A stretch of DNA of 32,000 nt from Candidatus Fokinia solitaria (lineage in GTDB: Bacteria; Pseudomonadota; Alphaproteobacteria; Rickettsiales; Midichloriaceae), in the NCBI RefSeq assembly GCF_003072485.1, contig NZ_CP025989.1, forward strand, positions 660,001 through 692,000, read 5' to 3'. How positions within the stretch are numbered: the stretch's first letter is position 1; each line of letters begins with the position of its first letter. This document shows positions 1 to 8,536 of this stretch, piece by piece. Both the position numbers and the translations under genes were made by a program. The notes below the pieces were generated by a model. It saw only the letters and a program-made list of their open reading frames with translations. It did no database searches and was not told the DNA's origin.

Positions 1-159
1 GAAAATATAGAAGATGAGAGAAGGCTCTTATATGTAGGCATGACGCGAGCACGACATAAGTTATGTATGTCGCACTCGAAATGCAAGTTACGCAGTGGAA
101 AACAAATTCACAACACTCCGTCAAGATTTATAGCAGAAGCCGAGTTAACAACTGAATGA
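1..159 (+). CDS. UvrD/Rep/PcrA-family DNA helicase, C-terminal end only (gene begins upstream of the window)
   Basis: Frame 1 is open from base 1 to TGA at 157-159. The translation ENIEDERRLLYVGMTRARHKLCMSHSKCKLRSGKQIHNTPSRFIAEAELTTE carries the SF1 helicase motif VI pattern (RLLYVGMTRAR) and the PSRFI tail typical of UvrD-like helicases. Confidence 0.7.
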   Translation, partial: ENIEDERRLLYVGMTRARHKLCMSHSKCKLRSGKQIHNTPSRFIAEAELTTE

Positions 160-286
160 GTTACTGAATCGTCGGTAAATACCGTAACGAAGCCTTATGT
201 CCAAGATACTATAAAATACGAAAAATTCAGCCGAATGTATCTTCAGTAACTCGCAAGACATTTCATTCAATTACTCAGGTAGATAT

Positions 287-1048
287 CTAATAACTACTCT
301 CTGCATTCTCTCCTCCACCATGCACCGTTTTCACCATTTTATATCCGTATCCTCTAATGGTTTTGATATCAATACTACTAGCATGCTTGAGTATAGATGA
401 ACGTAATCTCGTCATATGAACGTTCAATATCTTATCTTTATCATGCTGCATCTCCATAGTAGTACTATTCCAAAGCAGTGCTATAATTTTATCTCTCGAG
501 ACAAGCTTCTCAGAATTCATCAACAGCAATTGACACAACTTAAACTCTATTGGCCCTAAAGTTATCTCGTGCACGGTACCATTTCCTTCCATCGTACACG
601 CATGTCTTCTAAGATCTAATGTCAATTCCATAAACTTCAGCACATCAGAATCCTCTATTGCACTTCTTTTTAATAGATTCTTCACTCTTAATACAAGCTC
701 TTCTATAATAAAAGGCTTCTCAAGATAATCGTCTGCACCCTTTTTCAAGCCTGTAATTTTATGCTGCCCTTTACTATGACTAGAGATCATTATAATTCTT
801 AGATCCTTCAGATCTGGAATACCGCGCAACTCCTCGCATATTTCTATACCGGATTTTTCTGGCAGCACCCAATCTAAGATGATCAAATCCGGCCTTTTTT
901 CTTCAACAATCTTCGTACAATTTTCGCCTGTTGAAACTGATATAACGAGATATCCTTCCGAGATCAAGCTATACTCCATAAGAGATAACATAGCAGAATC
1001 ATCCTCTACTATCATAATCTTCTTTTGAATTGTTTTTTCCTTTTTCAT
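287..1048 (-). CDS. OmpR/PhoB-family two-component response regulator (PhoB-like)
   Basis: 253-aa ORF. It has a receiver domain (IMIVEDDS, DLIILDWVLPEKSG, KKGADDYLEKPF) and a C-terminal winged helix (LGPIEFKL, VSRDKII..LW, NVHMTRLR, IRGYGYKM). It is collinear with E. coli PhoB by eye. Confidence 0.85.
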   Translation of the reverse strand: MKKEKTIQKKIMIVEDDSAMLSLMEYSLISEGYLVISVSTGENCTKIVEEKRPDLIILDWVLPEKSGIEICEELRGIPDLKDLRIIMISSHSKGQHKITGLKKGADDYLEKPFIIEELVLRVKNLLKRSAIEDSDVLKFMELTLDLRRHACTMEGNGTVHEITLGPIEFKLCQLLLMNSEKLVSRDKIIALLWNSTTMEMQHDKDKILNVHMTRLRSSILKHASSIDIKTIRGYGYKMVKTVHGGGENAESSY

Positions 1049-1182
1049 TATGAGTAAAAAATTTTTAACGTGTTTTATCTAAAACAATATGCAATTGCAT
1101 TTCTCTGTGATAAAAGCATAACGAATAGCTTCTACAACTTTTATAATACTTTTTCAATCAATATATTAAGTAAAATCACAAT

Positions 1183-2082
1183 ATGTACCTAATACGGGCA
1201 TTCAAAGTAATATTGATCATCTATAAGAAATCTATTCAAAATCTCCTGGAAAAAAATGCGTACGAATATTCAGGGTATCTCGTTTTTTTGATATTGCTCG
1301 GTCTCTTTCCTTCTCTGATTTTTTTTACTGCGGTCAGTACCTTAGTTGCAACGCAGTATCGAGATCTTTTTCATGTCACATTAGATATTGACGAATTCAT
1401 TACAAATTCATTGCTAAGCAGTAAAGCGCATGCATTCGTAGATAGCGTTAGCAACAGAATTCTTGAAATACTACGCACACCACCGGAAAGCATGCTGACA
1501 TTCGCAATGTTAAGCGCTATATGGAGTGCTTCTGGATTATTTGACGGGATCTTACTATACGTGTACATGATATACGGTACAACGGAAGACTGTCATTATA
1601 TAAGAAGAAGAATTATCAGCATACTGCAATTCATGGCTTTTTCACTACTTCTAATATTCTTTATTTTATGTTTTAAGCTAATTCCACTTGTATTAATACA
1701 GTGTGCGCAATTTATAAAATTGGAAAGCACGTTATATGATATATTGAACTTTGTTATCAAAATTGAACATTACGTCCCTACGGTATATATCGCACTATTT
1801 GGAATGCTATCATACATACATTACACCTTTCCAAGGCAACATGTGAAAATACGACAAATTATGCCAGGAGTAGTGAATACTATACTTTTTTGGGAAATTT
1901 TTTCTGAAATCTTCGGATATTATATACAAAGCGCAGGACAGCTTAACATCATATATGGAAGCATGGTAGGCATCTCCATATCGATCTTATACATATATTT
2001 TGCTTCTATTATTTTTCTATTTGGATTGGAAATAAATGGAGTAATATATAAAATGAGAAATATGCAATCTGATGTTGTGTAA
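1183..2082 (+). CDS. YihY/BrkB-family integral membrane protein
   Basis: 299-aa polytopic hydrophobic ORF. The blocks FLILLGLFPSLIFFTAV and AIWSASGLFDGIL resemble the conserved N-terminal YihY (former RNase BN) family blocks. Confidence 0.65.
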   Translation: MYLIRAFKVILIIYKKSIQNLLEKNAYEYSGYLVFLILLGLFPSLIFFTAVSTLVATQYRDLFHVTLDIDEFITNSLLSSKAHAFVDSVSNRILEILRTPPESMLTFAMLSAIWSASGLFDGILLYVYMIYGTTEDCHYIRRRIISILQFMAFSLLLIFFILCFKLIPLVLIQCAQFIKLESTLYDILNFVIKIEHYVPTVYIALFGMLSYIHYTFPRQHVKIRQIMPGVVNTILFWEIFSEIFGYYIQSAGQLNIIYGSMVGISISILYIYFASIIFLFGLEINGVIYKMRNMQSDVV

Positions 2083-2285
2083 AGACAGATCTCACACATA
2101 ATTTGTCAAAAGTACGAATAAGAGCTGCGCATTCGCGTATATGCTTTCCTTTATTTAAAATACTGCATCATCAAGAAAATACGTATTAAATATATCGAGA
2201 AAATTAATATCTCGCATATATTTATAGATAATAATATATATAATTTATATAATAATATTGATATATAAATTGTAATGTCATCATT

Positions 2286-5147
2286 ATGCAGAACTCAGAT
2301 CACACAAGTACTTTCAAGAAAAAGATAGAGAAACAGCAGAAAAAAACGCAGCTTTTGGAACAACAAATTCAACAACTAGAAGACGAAATACAAAAGAAAG
2401 ATGAAATGATAAAAAAGACGAGTGATTCAATAATGAAAAAAATGAAGGATTTTATCTTAAGAAGACCTAAGAATTTAGACTTAGAAGCAAAGAGAAAAAA
2501 AATAAAGACAGAAAAAGCATTACTTCAAAAAGATGTTAAGATAGCGCAAGCAGAAGAGAAAAAATATCGCTATAACAAAGTAAAAAAGCTTAAGAAGCAA
2601 CAAAAAATAGCAGATGAAATAAAATCCGAAAATTTTACATTAGAAGATTTAAAAAATTCTAAGACCTTGGAAAAAATACAAACAGAAATGAATGACATAA
2701 CGAAGAAAGTGCAAGATGCAGGAGGGCAGTCGAAGATCTCAAAAGATTACAAGAACAAAGCAAAGGAAATACAGAACTTAGACAGTAAGCGTGCTGAGCT
2801 GGAAAAATTAGATACTGAGCTGAAAAAACTACTCGGACCAGTAAAGAGACAAGCTCCACTCGGTGCATCGCAATTCTCACAACTCGATATGAATAATGCA
2901 CAAAACTCGCAACTTAATGCGGGTAAAGCGCAAGAAGAACAATTTGATAATCAATCTAAAATAAGTAGCTTGCAAATTTCACAATTCGATATGAGTAAAG
3001 CGCAATCATTCCAACTTAGTGCAGATAATTTGCAAAAGTCACAAAGATCAGCGGTACAAAAACAAAACAGCGCTCCAAGTGCTATAGCACAGGGACAAGA
3101 AATGGAGATACAAAATCTTTCGCAAGAAGCTATTCAAAAAGAGGCTATTCAGCAAAAATTCGATACTCTTGATAAGGAAATTCAAGAACTAGCAAAGATA
3201 AAGGAACTTTATGAATTATCTCAGAGAGAAAAACAATTAAAAACAGTTCAAACGGCTATTGAAAAGTATATTAAACTTGAAGAGGAAAAAGCCACTTTAA
3301 AAGCACGATATAAACAATCGAAACCACAGCAGCAAGAGCAGCAAATACAAGAAGAATCACAAATACAGCAAGAGCAACAATCACGTAGAACATCAGAATT
3401 ATCACAGAAGTCACGAGTATCACAAAATAGAAAATCGACGTTGGTAGAAATATCAGATGAAGAAGCCGAACAGCTGCTGAAAAAGCGAAACCCGAAATCA
3501 CAGCAAAAAAAGCAATTACAGCGGGCAAAATCGGAAATTCAGCCACAATCGAAAATCCAGCAGCTACAGAAAGAAGACCAATCGCAAGTGCTACCACAGC
3601 GGTCACTATCACAATCGGCAACGCAACAGCAAAAAGAGCAATTACAGCAGGAGCAGCAACAGCAAGAAAAGCAATTACAGCAGTCGCTATCACAGCCACT
3701 ATCAGAAATACAGCAAGAAAAGCAATTACGGGAGTCAAAATCAGAAATACAGCAAGAAAAGCAAGAAGAGCAATTACAGCAGGAGCAGCCACAACTTAAA
3801 AGAGGCACAACGATGGATGATTACGCAAGAAAAGTCATTGAAACGATAGGCCCTTCACGTTATTCACCGTCTTTTGAGAAATTCTGTACTAGAGAAAATA
3901 TGGATTACATAATCAAAGTTTTAAAGAAAGACGGGAAATTCAACTCTCTATCAGATGCAGAAAAAAATGAATCGATAATAAACGTAGGTGTTACACTCGC
4001 AGCACAAGCAGCTATAAACTCGAATGGATTAAAAGGAAATGCAGCAGATCTCTCTCGAGACGATCAAATTGCACTATTAGAGTACATGAGAGGTAAAGGG
4101 ATATGTACCCAAATATTAAGTTCTCCGGAACAATTAGAAAGAGCAGTAAAATACGATCCGTATGAGGTTTTAGACAAAAAAGATAGAGATAGGCCAAATT
4201 TTCTTAGCAAAGCTATATTAAAAACAGACGCCAAGGAAAGAATTAATGAAGACACATCCGGAAAAAAATTCGCTGCATATATTGCGGGATACATTGCACT
4301 CGGACCTTTAGGATTATTAATTGCAATAATTTTTGCAAAATATTATTTATCTAAAGCAAAACGCCGTGAAGGAAAGGATATACGCGCGCTTCTCGATGCA
4401 AAACAGAATTATCGTCCAGCACCGGAAGGAAATTCAACGCAAAAAAATAGTCAAGCACTACAGCAAGATGTAAACAATATAAAATCGGAAAACACAGTAC
4501 TAGGGCAAAAAACAAAAGACCAGGTACAGAATGAATTGCACGAATTACTACAAAATAAACAATTTACGTCCTCTGAATTACTGAAACAAGCTATGCAAGC
4601 AATCAAAATAGCGGAAAAAATTCAAAAATATGATACAGAAAACCCCAACTCTTTTGAGGCACGCAAATTGGCAAAACCGTTAGAAGAGCTTATCGCAGAA
4701 CTTGTACAGAAAGGGCGAGAAAGATTAAAACGCGGTACAGATGATGACGGAGCGCTACGGTTGACAGAAAGTGAAATAGCACAGGATAAAATTTCACAAA
4801 AGAAGCTCGATGAAATAGAAGCGCAAGTCAATAATCTAGTGCAGAAGAAGGAAATTCCATCACAAATTCGCAATGAAGAGAGTGACTTTCTTAATAAAAG
4901 CTCGAATAGTATCATTGTAAATCAAAGCAGATTGTCAGAACGCTTTTCTCTTGACCTGAATGAAATCTCAGCTATTCAAAAAGGGGAAGGCGAAATACTT
5001 GCAAAAGATACCAACTCGCGAAACAATAGCATAATAAAGATACTTGAAGGAATGAATCTGCCTAATGCAGTAAACCGCTCGCAATCAGTTGACATAAGCA
5101 AAACATCATCACACGGCAGCAATGATAAATTCAGACATCACTCCTAG
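2286..5147 (+). CDS. Large K/E/Q-rich coiled-coil/low-complexity protein with one TM helix; orphan, putative surface or effector protein
   Basis: 953-aa ORF; the only competing ORFs are low-complexity shadow frames. There is no N-terminal signal peptide. It has a Q-rich block, a short globular-looking region, and a TM helix FAAYIAGYIALGPLGLLIAIIFAKYYL (nt about 4270-4350). No family recognised. Confidence 0.75.
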   Translation: MQNSDHTSTFKKKIEKQQKKTQLLEQQIQQLEDEIQKKDEMIKKTSDSIMKKMKDFILRRPKNLDLEAKRKKIKTEKALLQKDVKIAQAEEKKYRYNKVKKLKKQQKIADEIKSENFTLEDLKNSKTLEKIQTEMNDITKKVQDAGGQSKISKDYKNKAKEIQNLDSKRAELEKLDTELKKLLGPVKRQAPLGASQFSQLDMNNAQNSQLNAGKAQEEQFDNQSKISSLQISQFDMSKAQSFQLSADNLQKSQRSAVQKQNSAPSAIAQGQEMEIQNLSQEAIQKEAIQQKFDTLDKEIQELAKIKELYELSQREKQLKTVQTAIEKYIKLEEEKATLKARYKQSKPQQQEQQIQEESQIQQEQQSRRTSELSQKSRVSQNRKSTLVEISDEEAEQLLKKRNPKSQQKKQLQRAKSEIQPQSKIQQLQKEDQSQVLPQRSLSQSATQQQKEQLQQEQQQQEKQLQQSLSQPLSEIQQEKQLRESKSEIQQEKQEEQLQQEQPQLKRGTTMDDYARKVIETIGPSRYSPSFEKFCTRENMDYIIKVLKKDGKFNSLSDAEKNESIINVGVTLAAQAAINSNGLKGNAADLSRDDQIALLEYMRGKGICTQILSSPEQLERAVKYDPYEVLDKKDRDRPNFLSKAILKTDAKERINEDTSGKKFAAYIAGYIALGPLGLLIAIIFAKYYLSKAKRREGKDIRALLDAKQNYRPAPEGNSTQKNSQALQQDVNNIKSENTVLGQKTKDQVQNELHELLQNKQFTSSELLKQAMQAIKIAEKIQKYDTENPNSFEARKLAKPLEELIAELVQKGRERLKRGTDDDGALRLTESEIAQDKISQKKLDEIEAQVNNLVQKKEIPSQIRNEESDFLNKSSNSIIVNQSRLSERFSLDLNEISAIQKGEGEILAKDTNSRNNSIIKILEGMNLPNAVNRSQSVDISKTSSHGSNDKFRHHS
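3330..3795. repeat. Cryptic CAG/CAA-rich low-complexity repeats inside the 953-aa ORF
   Basis: Reiterated modules include tcagaaatacagcaagaaaagcaa (twice, about 3703 and 3739) and gagcaattacagcaggagcagc (twice, about 3636 and 3768). They encode SEIQQEKQ / EQLQQEQ units. Confidence 0.6.
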
Positions 5148-5216
5148 AAATAAGCGAGCCGACACCATAGGAGTGGTAGATCAATCTTCCTATGCGCAAT
5201 CTCATGCAGAACAAAC

Positions 5217-6338
5217 TTACTGCTGCAATAATTTTTGCAGAGTTACTTTATCATTCTCTTGAATTGCGTCTATAAACTCATTTTCCGTTATCGTTCTGAT
5301 AGCTTTTTCTTGAAATAGAAGTAAGATAATCAGTTCTGATATCTTAGATGAGGGAGTGCTACGTAGCGCTTTGATCAGATCGCTTTTTTGCTTATTCGAT
5401 AGAAATATATGCAATTCAAGCATTGCGTTCATCACTTCTGCATCTGAGGAAAATTGTAAGCATATTTGATGTAAAGTGGAAAGTTTCACATAATATGATT
5501 GCAACCAACGCAACGCTGCAATATCAAGAGTTGTTTCAAGATTGACGCGATAATAGAAATGACGTTCACGAAAAAGAAGATAATGTGCTATATCCAACAA
5601 TGCGATATCATTTTCAAAAGGAAAAAATACTTTTATTTCTTCTTCTGAAACGCTTATTCTGCACACATTAATATGCTTTTTATCCGACAAATCAAACACA
5701 TCACATTCGTGTTGTGCGCTAATACACATTTTTTCAATAGCATTCACTATCTCCATTCTACTCGTGCAAAGAATAATATGAGTACTCAGTAGTGAATCAG
5801 GACAGCCAAGTAGGATTGTAAGCTGTAGCCTATTCTTGGATAGCAAATACAGCCAAAAACTCTGCTTTTCCTGCTCTGAAGGAGAATAAGAATGAAATAA
5901 GGCAATATGTCGCGCAACCGATGGTGATTCAAAAAAGCGTCTTGTTTTCATATTTTTCTTCAAACCGCTTCCTATAACAGCAATAAACGTATTACGCGAT
6001 GGAGTGGAGATATGCTTACTCAGACGCTGAGACAACTCAGCAGAGATATCATTTGAAACAGAATCTATCACTATTAATTTATTCTCTTTTTTCTGACCAA
6101 ATAAGCTATAAGATCTCGTAACTTCATTTAGCAATTCTGGCTCCGCGTTCAATTGCTTGAAATTGATCTCATGTATCGAGAGAGTACCTCCATTTGCTGC
6201 AGCTTGAGACTTCAATTTACTTTTAAGTACCGACAATATAAAACACACTCCTCCATACTCTTCTCCAAAAGCAAACCATAAATTTTTTAGATTTTCTGCA
6301 TTAATCTCGCGTTCTAAACTATGATGTAGGTATTTCAT
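5217..6338 (-). CDS. Possible DNA polymerase III delta subunit (HolA-like); weak call
   Basis: 373-aa ORF that starts 1 nt after the ffh stop. NLWFAFGEEYGG resembles the N-terminal yLlyGeE block of delta subunits. SLFGQKKENKLIVID resembles the slFg..rlvvv block. The overall length and helical C-terminal half fit. By-eye similarity only. Confidence 0.4.
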   Translation of the reverse strand: MKYLHHSLEREINAENLKNLWFAFGEEYGGVCFILSVLKSKLKSQAAANGGTLSIHEINFKQLNAEPELLNEVTRSYSLFGQKKENKLIVIDSVSNDISAELSQRLSKHISTPSRNTFIAVIGSGLKKNMKTRRFFESPSVARHIALFHSYSPSEQEKQSFWLYLLSKNRLQLTILLGCPDSLLSTHIILCTSRMEIVNAIEKMCISAQHECDVFDLSDKKHINVCRISVSEEEIKVFFPFENDIALLDIAHYLLFRERHFYYRVNLETTLDIAALRWLQSYYVKLSTLHQICLQFSSDAEVMNAMLELHIFLSNKQKSDLIKALRSTPSSKISELIILLLFQEKAIRTITENEFIDAIQENDKVTLQKLLQQ

Positions 6339-6339
6339 A

Positions 6340-7719
6340 TTATCTCTTAAACATATTCTGCATAATCTTCATTTGATCTCCTAATCTCATATTTTTCATT
6401 TGTTTTAACACTCCTGCGATCATATTATACTCTTTTAACAAAGCATTGACGTCTTGCACTTTAGTACCTGAGCCATTTGCAATTCGAAGCTTTCTTTTTC
6501 CATCTAAGATATCCGGCTTTTCTTTTTCTTTTGCCGTCATAGACGATACAATCGCAATCTGATTTCTCACTTTTCGCGCTAACTCTTGTTGCTGCTTTTG
6601 ATCTATCTTTGGCAAACCAGGAAGAAGCCCGATCATAACGCTAAGTCCTCCCATTTTGCCAATTTTCTTCATATACTGCACATAATCCGTAAGTGTAAAT
6701 TTTCCACTTTGCACTTTCTTCATAAGCTGTTCTTCACTCATCTCATCTACAACATCAGAAGCTTTCTCTATCAGCAAAGCGATATCCCCTAAGCCCATAA
6801 TCCTTGAAGCAATTCTAAGCGGATGAAATATCTCTATTGCGTCTAACTTCTCCCCCGAAGTGATAAATTTGATTGGCGCGCCTACCGCACGCTTCATACT
6901 TAGCATGCTTCCTCCCTTGGCATCTCCATCAAGTCTCGTAAGTATAATGCCAGTAATTGGCACCGCTTCCGCAAATGCTTTACCGATGATAGGCGCTTGT
7001 TGCCCTAGCATAGCATCACATACAAAGATTGTTTCAGAAGGCTTTATCGTATTGTGAATCTCTGCAATCTCTGCCATTAACGCAGCATTAACATCTGTTC
7101 TTCCAGCAGTATCCAAAATTATTACATTCGATTCTCTTGTATGCGCAAGTTTCACACACATACTCGCCTTTTCAACAATATTGGAGAAACCTTCACAATC
7201 CAAAAATTCTACAGCACTACCTTCAACTAAAGTCTTCAGCTGTTCTTTTGCCGCGGCTCTAGTTTCATCAAGCGATGCAACTACAACTTTCTTACTCAAC
7301 TTTTGCGCCAATAAAGTAGCAAGTTTCGCTACAGTAGTAGTTTTTCCTACACCTTGTAATCCAAGAAATAGTATAACATTAAGGCCATCCTTGATATTCA
7401 GCGTTTTCTTAAGAAGTGTAAGATTATTTTCAGAATGCACTTCTTCTTGAATGCTATCAGATAAAAAATCCACTATTTGATTCTGCATGGCATCGCATAT
7501 TGCTTTACCATAGTTTATGACACCCTTCTCATTAATTACTTCAATCTTCACTCGTAACTCGTGCACGAAGATATCCGCTAGCTCAAGACTGAGATCAGAA
7601 TCTAAAAGTGCAACTCTTATTTGCTTAAGTAAAACATCAATTTCATCATTGTTAAGATGAGATTTAGTACTTAATTTCTTTGCTAGAGTAGAAAATTTTT
7701 CTTTTAAAAATGTCAGCAT
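6340..7719 (-). CDS. ffh: Signal recognition particle protein Ffh
   Basis: 459 aa. It has the P-loop GLQGVGKTTTVAKLA, DTAGR, TRLDGDAKGG, and a Met-rich M domain (MKKIGKMGGLSVMIGLLPG). Confidence 0.95.
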   Translation of the reverse strand: MLTFLKEKFSTLAKKLSTKSHLNNDEIDVLLKQIRVALLDSDLSLELADIFVHELRVKIEVINEKGVINYGKAICDAMQNQIVDFLSDSIQEEVHSENNLTLLKKTLNIKDGLNVILFLGLQGVGKTTTVAKLATLLAQKLSKKVVVASLDETRAAAKEQLKTLVEGSAVEFLDCEGFSNIVEKASMCVKLAHTRESNVIILDTAGRTDVNAALMAEIAEIHNTIKPSETIFVCDAMLGQQAPIIGKAFAEAVPITGIILTRLDGDAKGGSMLSMKRAVGAPIKFITSGEKLDAIEIFHPLRIASRIMGLGDIALLIEKASDVVDEMSEEQLMKKVQSGKFTLTDYVQYMKKIGKMGGLSVMIGLLPGLPKIDQKQQQELARKVRNQIAIVSSMTAKEKEKPDILDGKRKLRIANGSGTKVQDVNALLKEYNMIAGVLKQMKNMRLGDQMKIMQNMFKR

Positions 7720-7943
7720 AATGATGAAGTCTTGGCATACTCAGTACGCTCACATTACTACATATTTTATTCATAAATCAATATAGCATCAATTTGAAAT
7801 CTCGTATGTATTCGCATGACAGCTATAATCGCACTCGCAATTTCTTCTTATCTGCAATTTCTTCTCGTTTAATCTTCAAGGAAATATATTTCATGTAATA
7901 TTCATATTGACTCTCGTAGAGAAAAATTCCACTCACTTGAGTA

Positions 7944-7972
7944 TTGTAACGATCATGAGTCTGTAATATAAT
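7944..7972 (+). promoter_or_regulatory. Sigma70-like promoter candidate for the small ORF at 7999
   Basis: TTGTAA (7944-7949), a 17-nt spacer, then a perfect TATAAT (7967-7972), 27 nt upstream of the ATG. Confidence 0.35.
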
Positions 7973-7998
7973 TCTCATGTTCGTTATTCAGTTTTGAA

Positions 7999-8220
7999 AT
8001 GGCCATGTCAAAGAAAATCACTGCTTCCAAGAACAATATCGCAATGCGCGGTAAAAAAGCTGCTCTTAGGAAAATCGGGGACAAGACTGTGAGTCCTGTA
8101 CTATATCATGGTATAAAGCTGGGACATGGTACTTATATGGCTGCGCAATTTGAAGACGGTCAGTTAGCACTTGACACTTCTGGTAGACCGATTCCATATA
8201 ATGCTGCTGCACAGCAGTAA
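7999..8220 (+). CDS. Small hypothetical protein (73 aa), basic N-terminus
   Basis: This is the only ORF in an 817-bp gap between ffh and murA. It has a promoter-like element upstream and a strong hairpin immediately downstream. No family recognised. Confidence 0.5.
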   Translation: MAMSKKITASKNNIAMRGKKAALRKIGDKTVSPVLYHGIKLGHGTYMAAQFEDGQLALDTSGRPIPYNAAAQQ

Positions 8221-8221
8221 T

Positions 8222-8256
8222 GACAGTAAGTGAGGTAGCAACGCTACTTCACTGTC
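8222..8256 (+). terminator. Stem-loop directly after the small ORF stop (no clear T-tract)
   Basis: GACAGTAAGTGAGGTAGC-aac-GCTACTTCACTGTC forms about 10-11 contiguous pairs (8229-8239 with 8243-8253) plus 3 outer pairs. Confidence 0.35.
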
Positions 8257-8536
8257 CAAGAAGAGATATCTGGAGGTATTTACAAGTTGTATTTATCACT
8301 TCTACGCTATTTGTCTTAGTTCTCTAAGTAGGATTATCGCAGATCAGAGTATTGTTTATACAGTTGCAAAGTTCGAAGAGAAAACAAAGTACGATGAAAT
8401 TTCCGTTATACATTTTCTAGATAGAGAATGGACACAGCGGATAATCGCTTTCTCCGCATGAGTTCCTTCGCGATTTGTATTCCGCTTTCGGCTAGTTTGA
8501 CGATGAAAAATCGTTCAGTTGCGCGATATATCAGTT

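Noticed and set aside
3271-3808. Two long minus-strand ORFs (173 aa and 89 aa) rich in A/V/I/L/F or C/S, opposite the Q-rich part of the 953-aa gene
   Set aside because: They are antisense shadows of CAG/CAA/GAA repeats. Their composition is the complement of the sense low-complexity region, and they have no independent signals.
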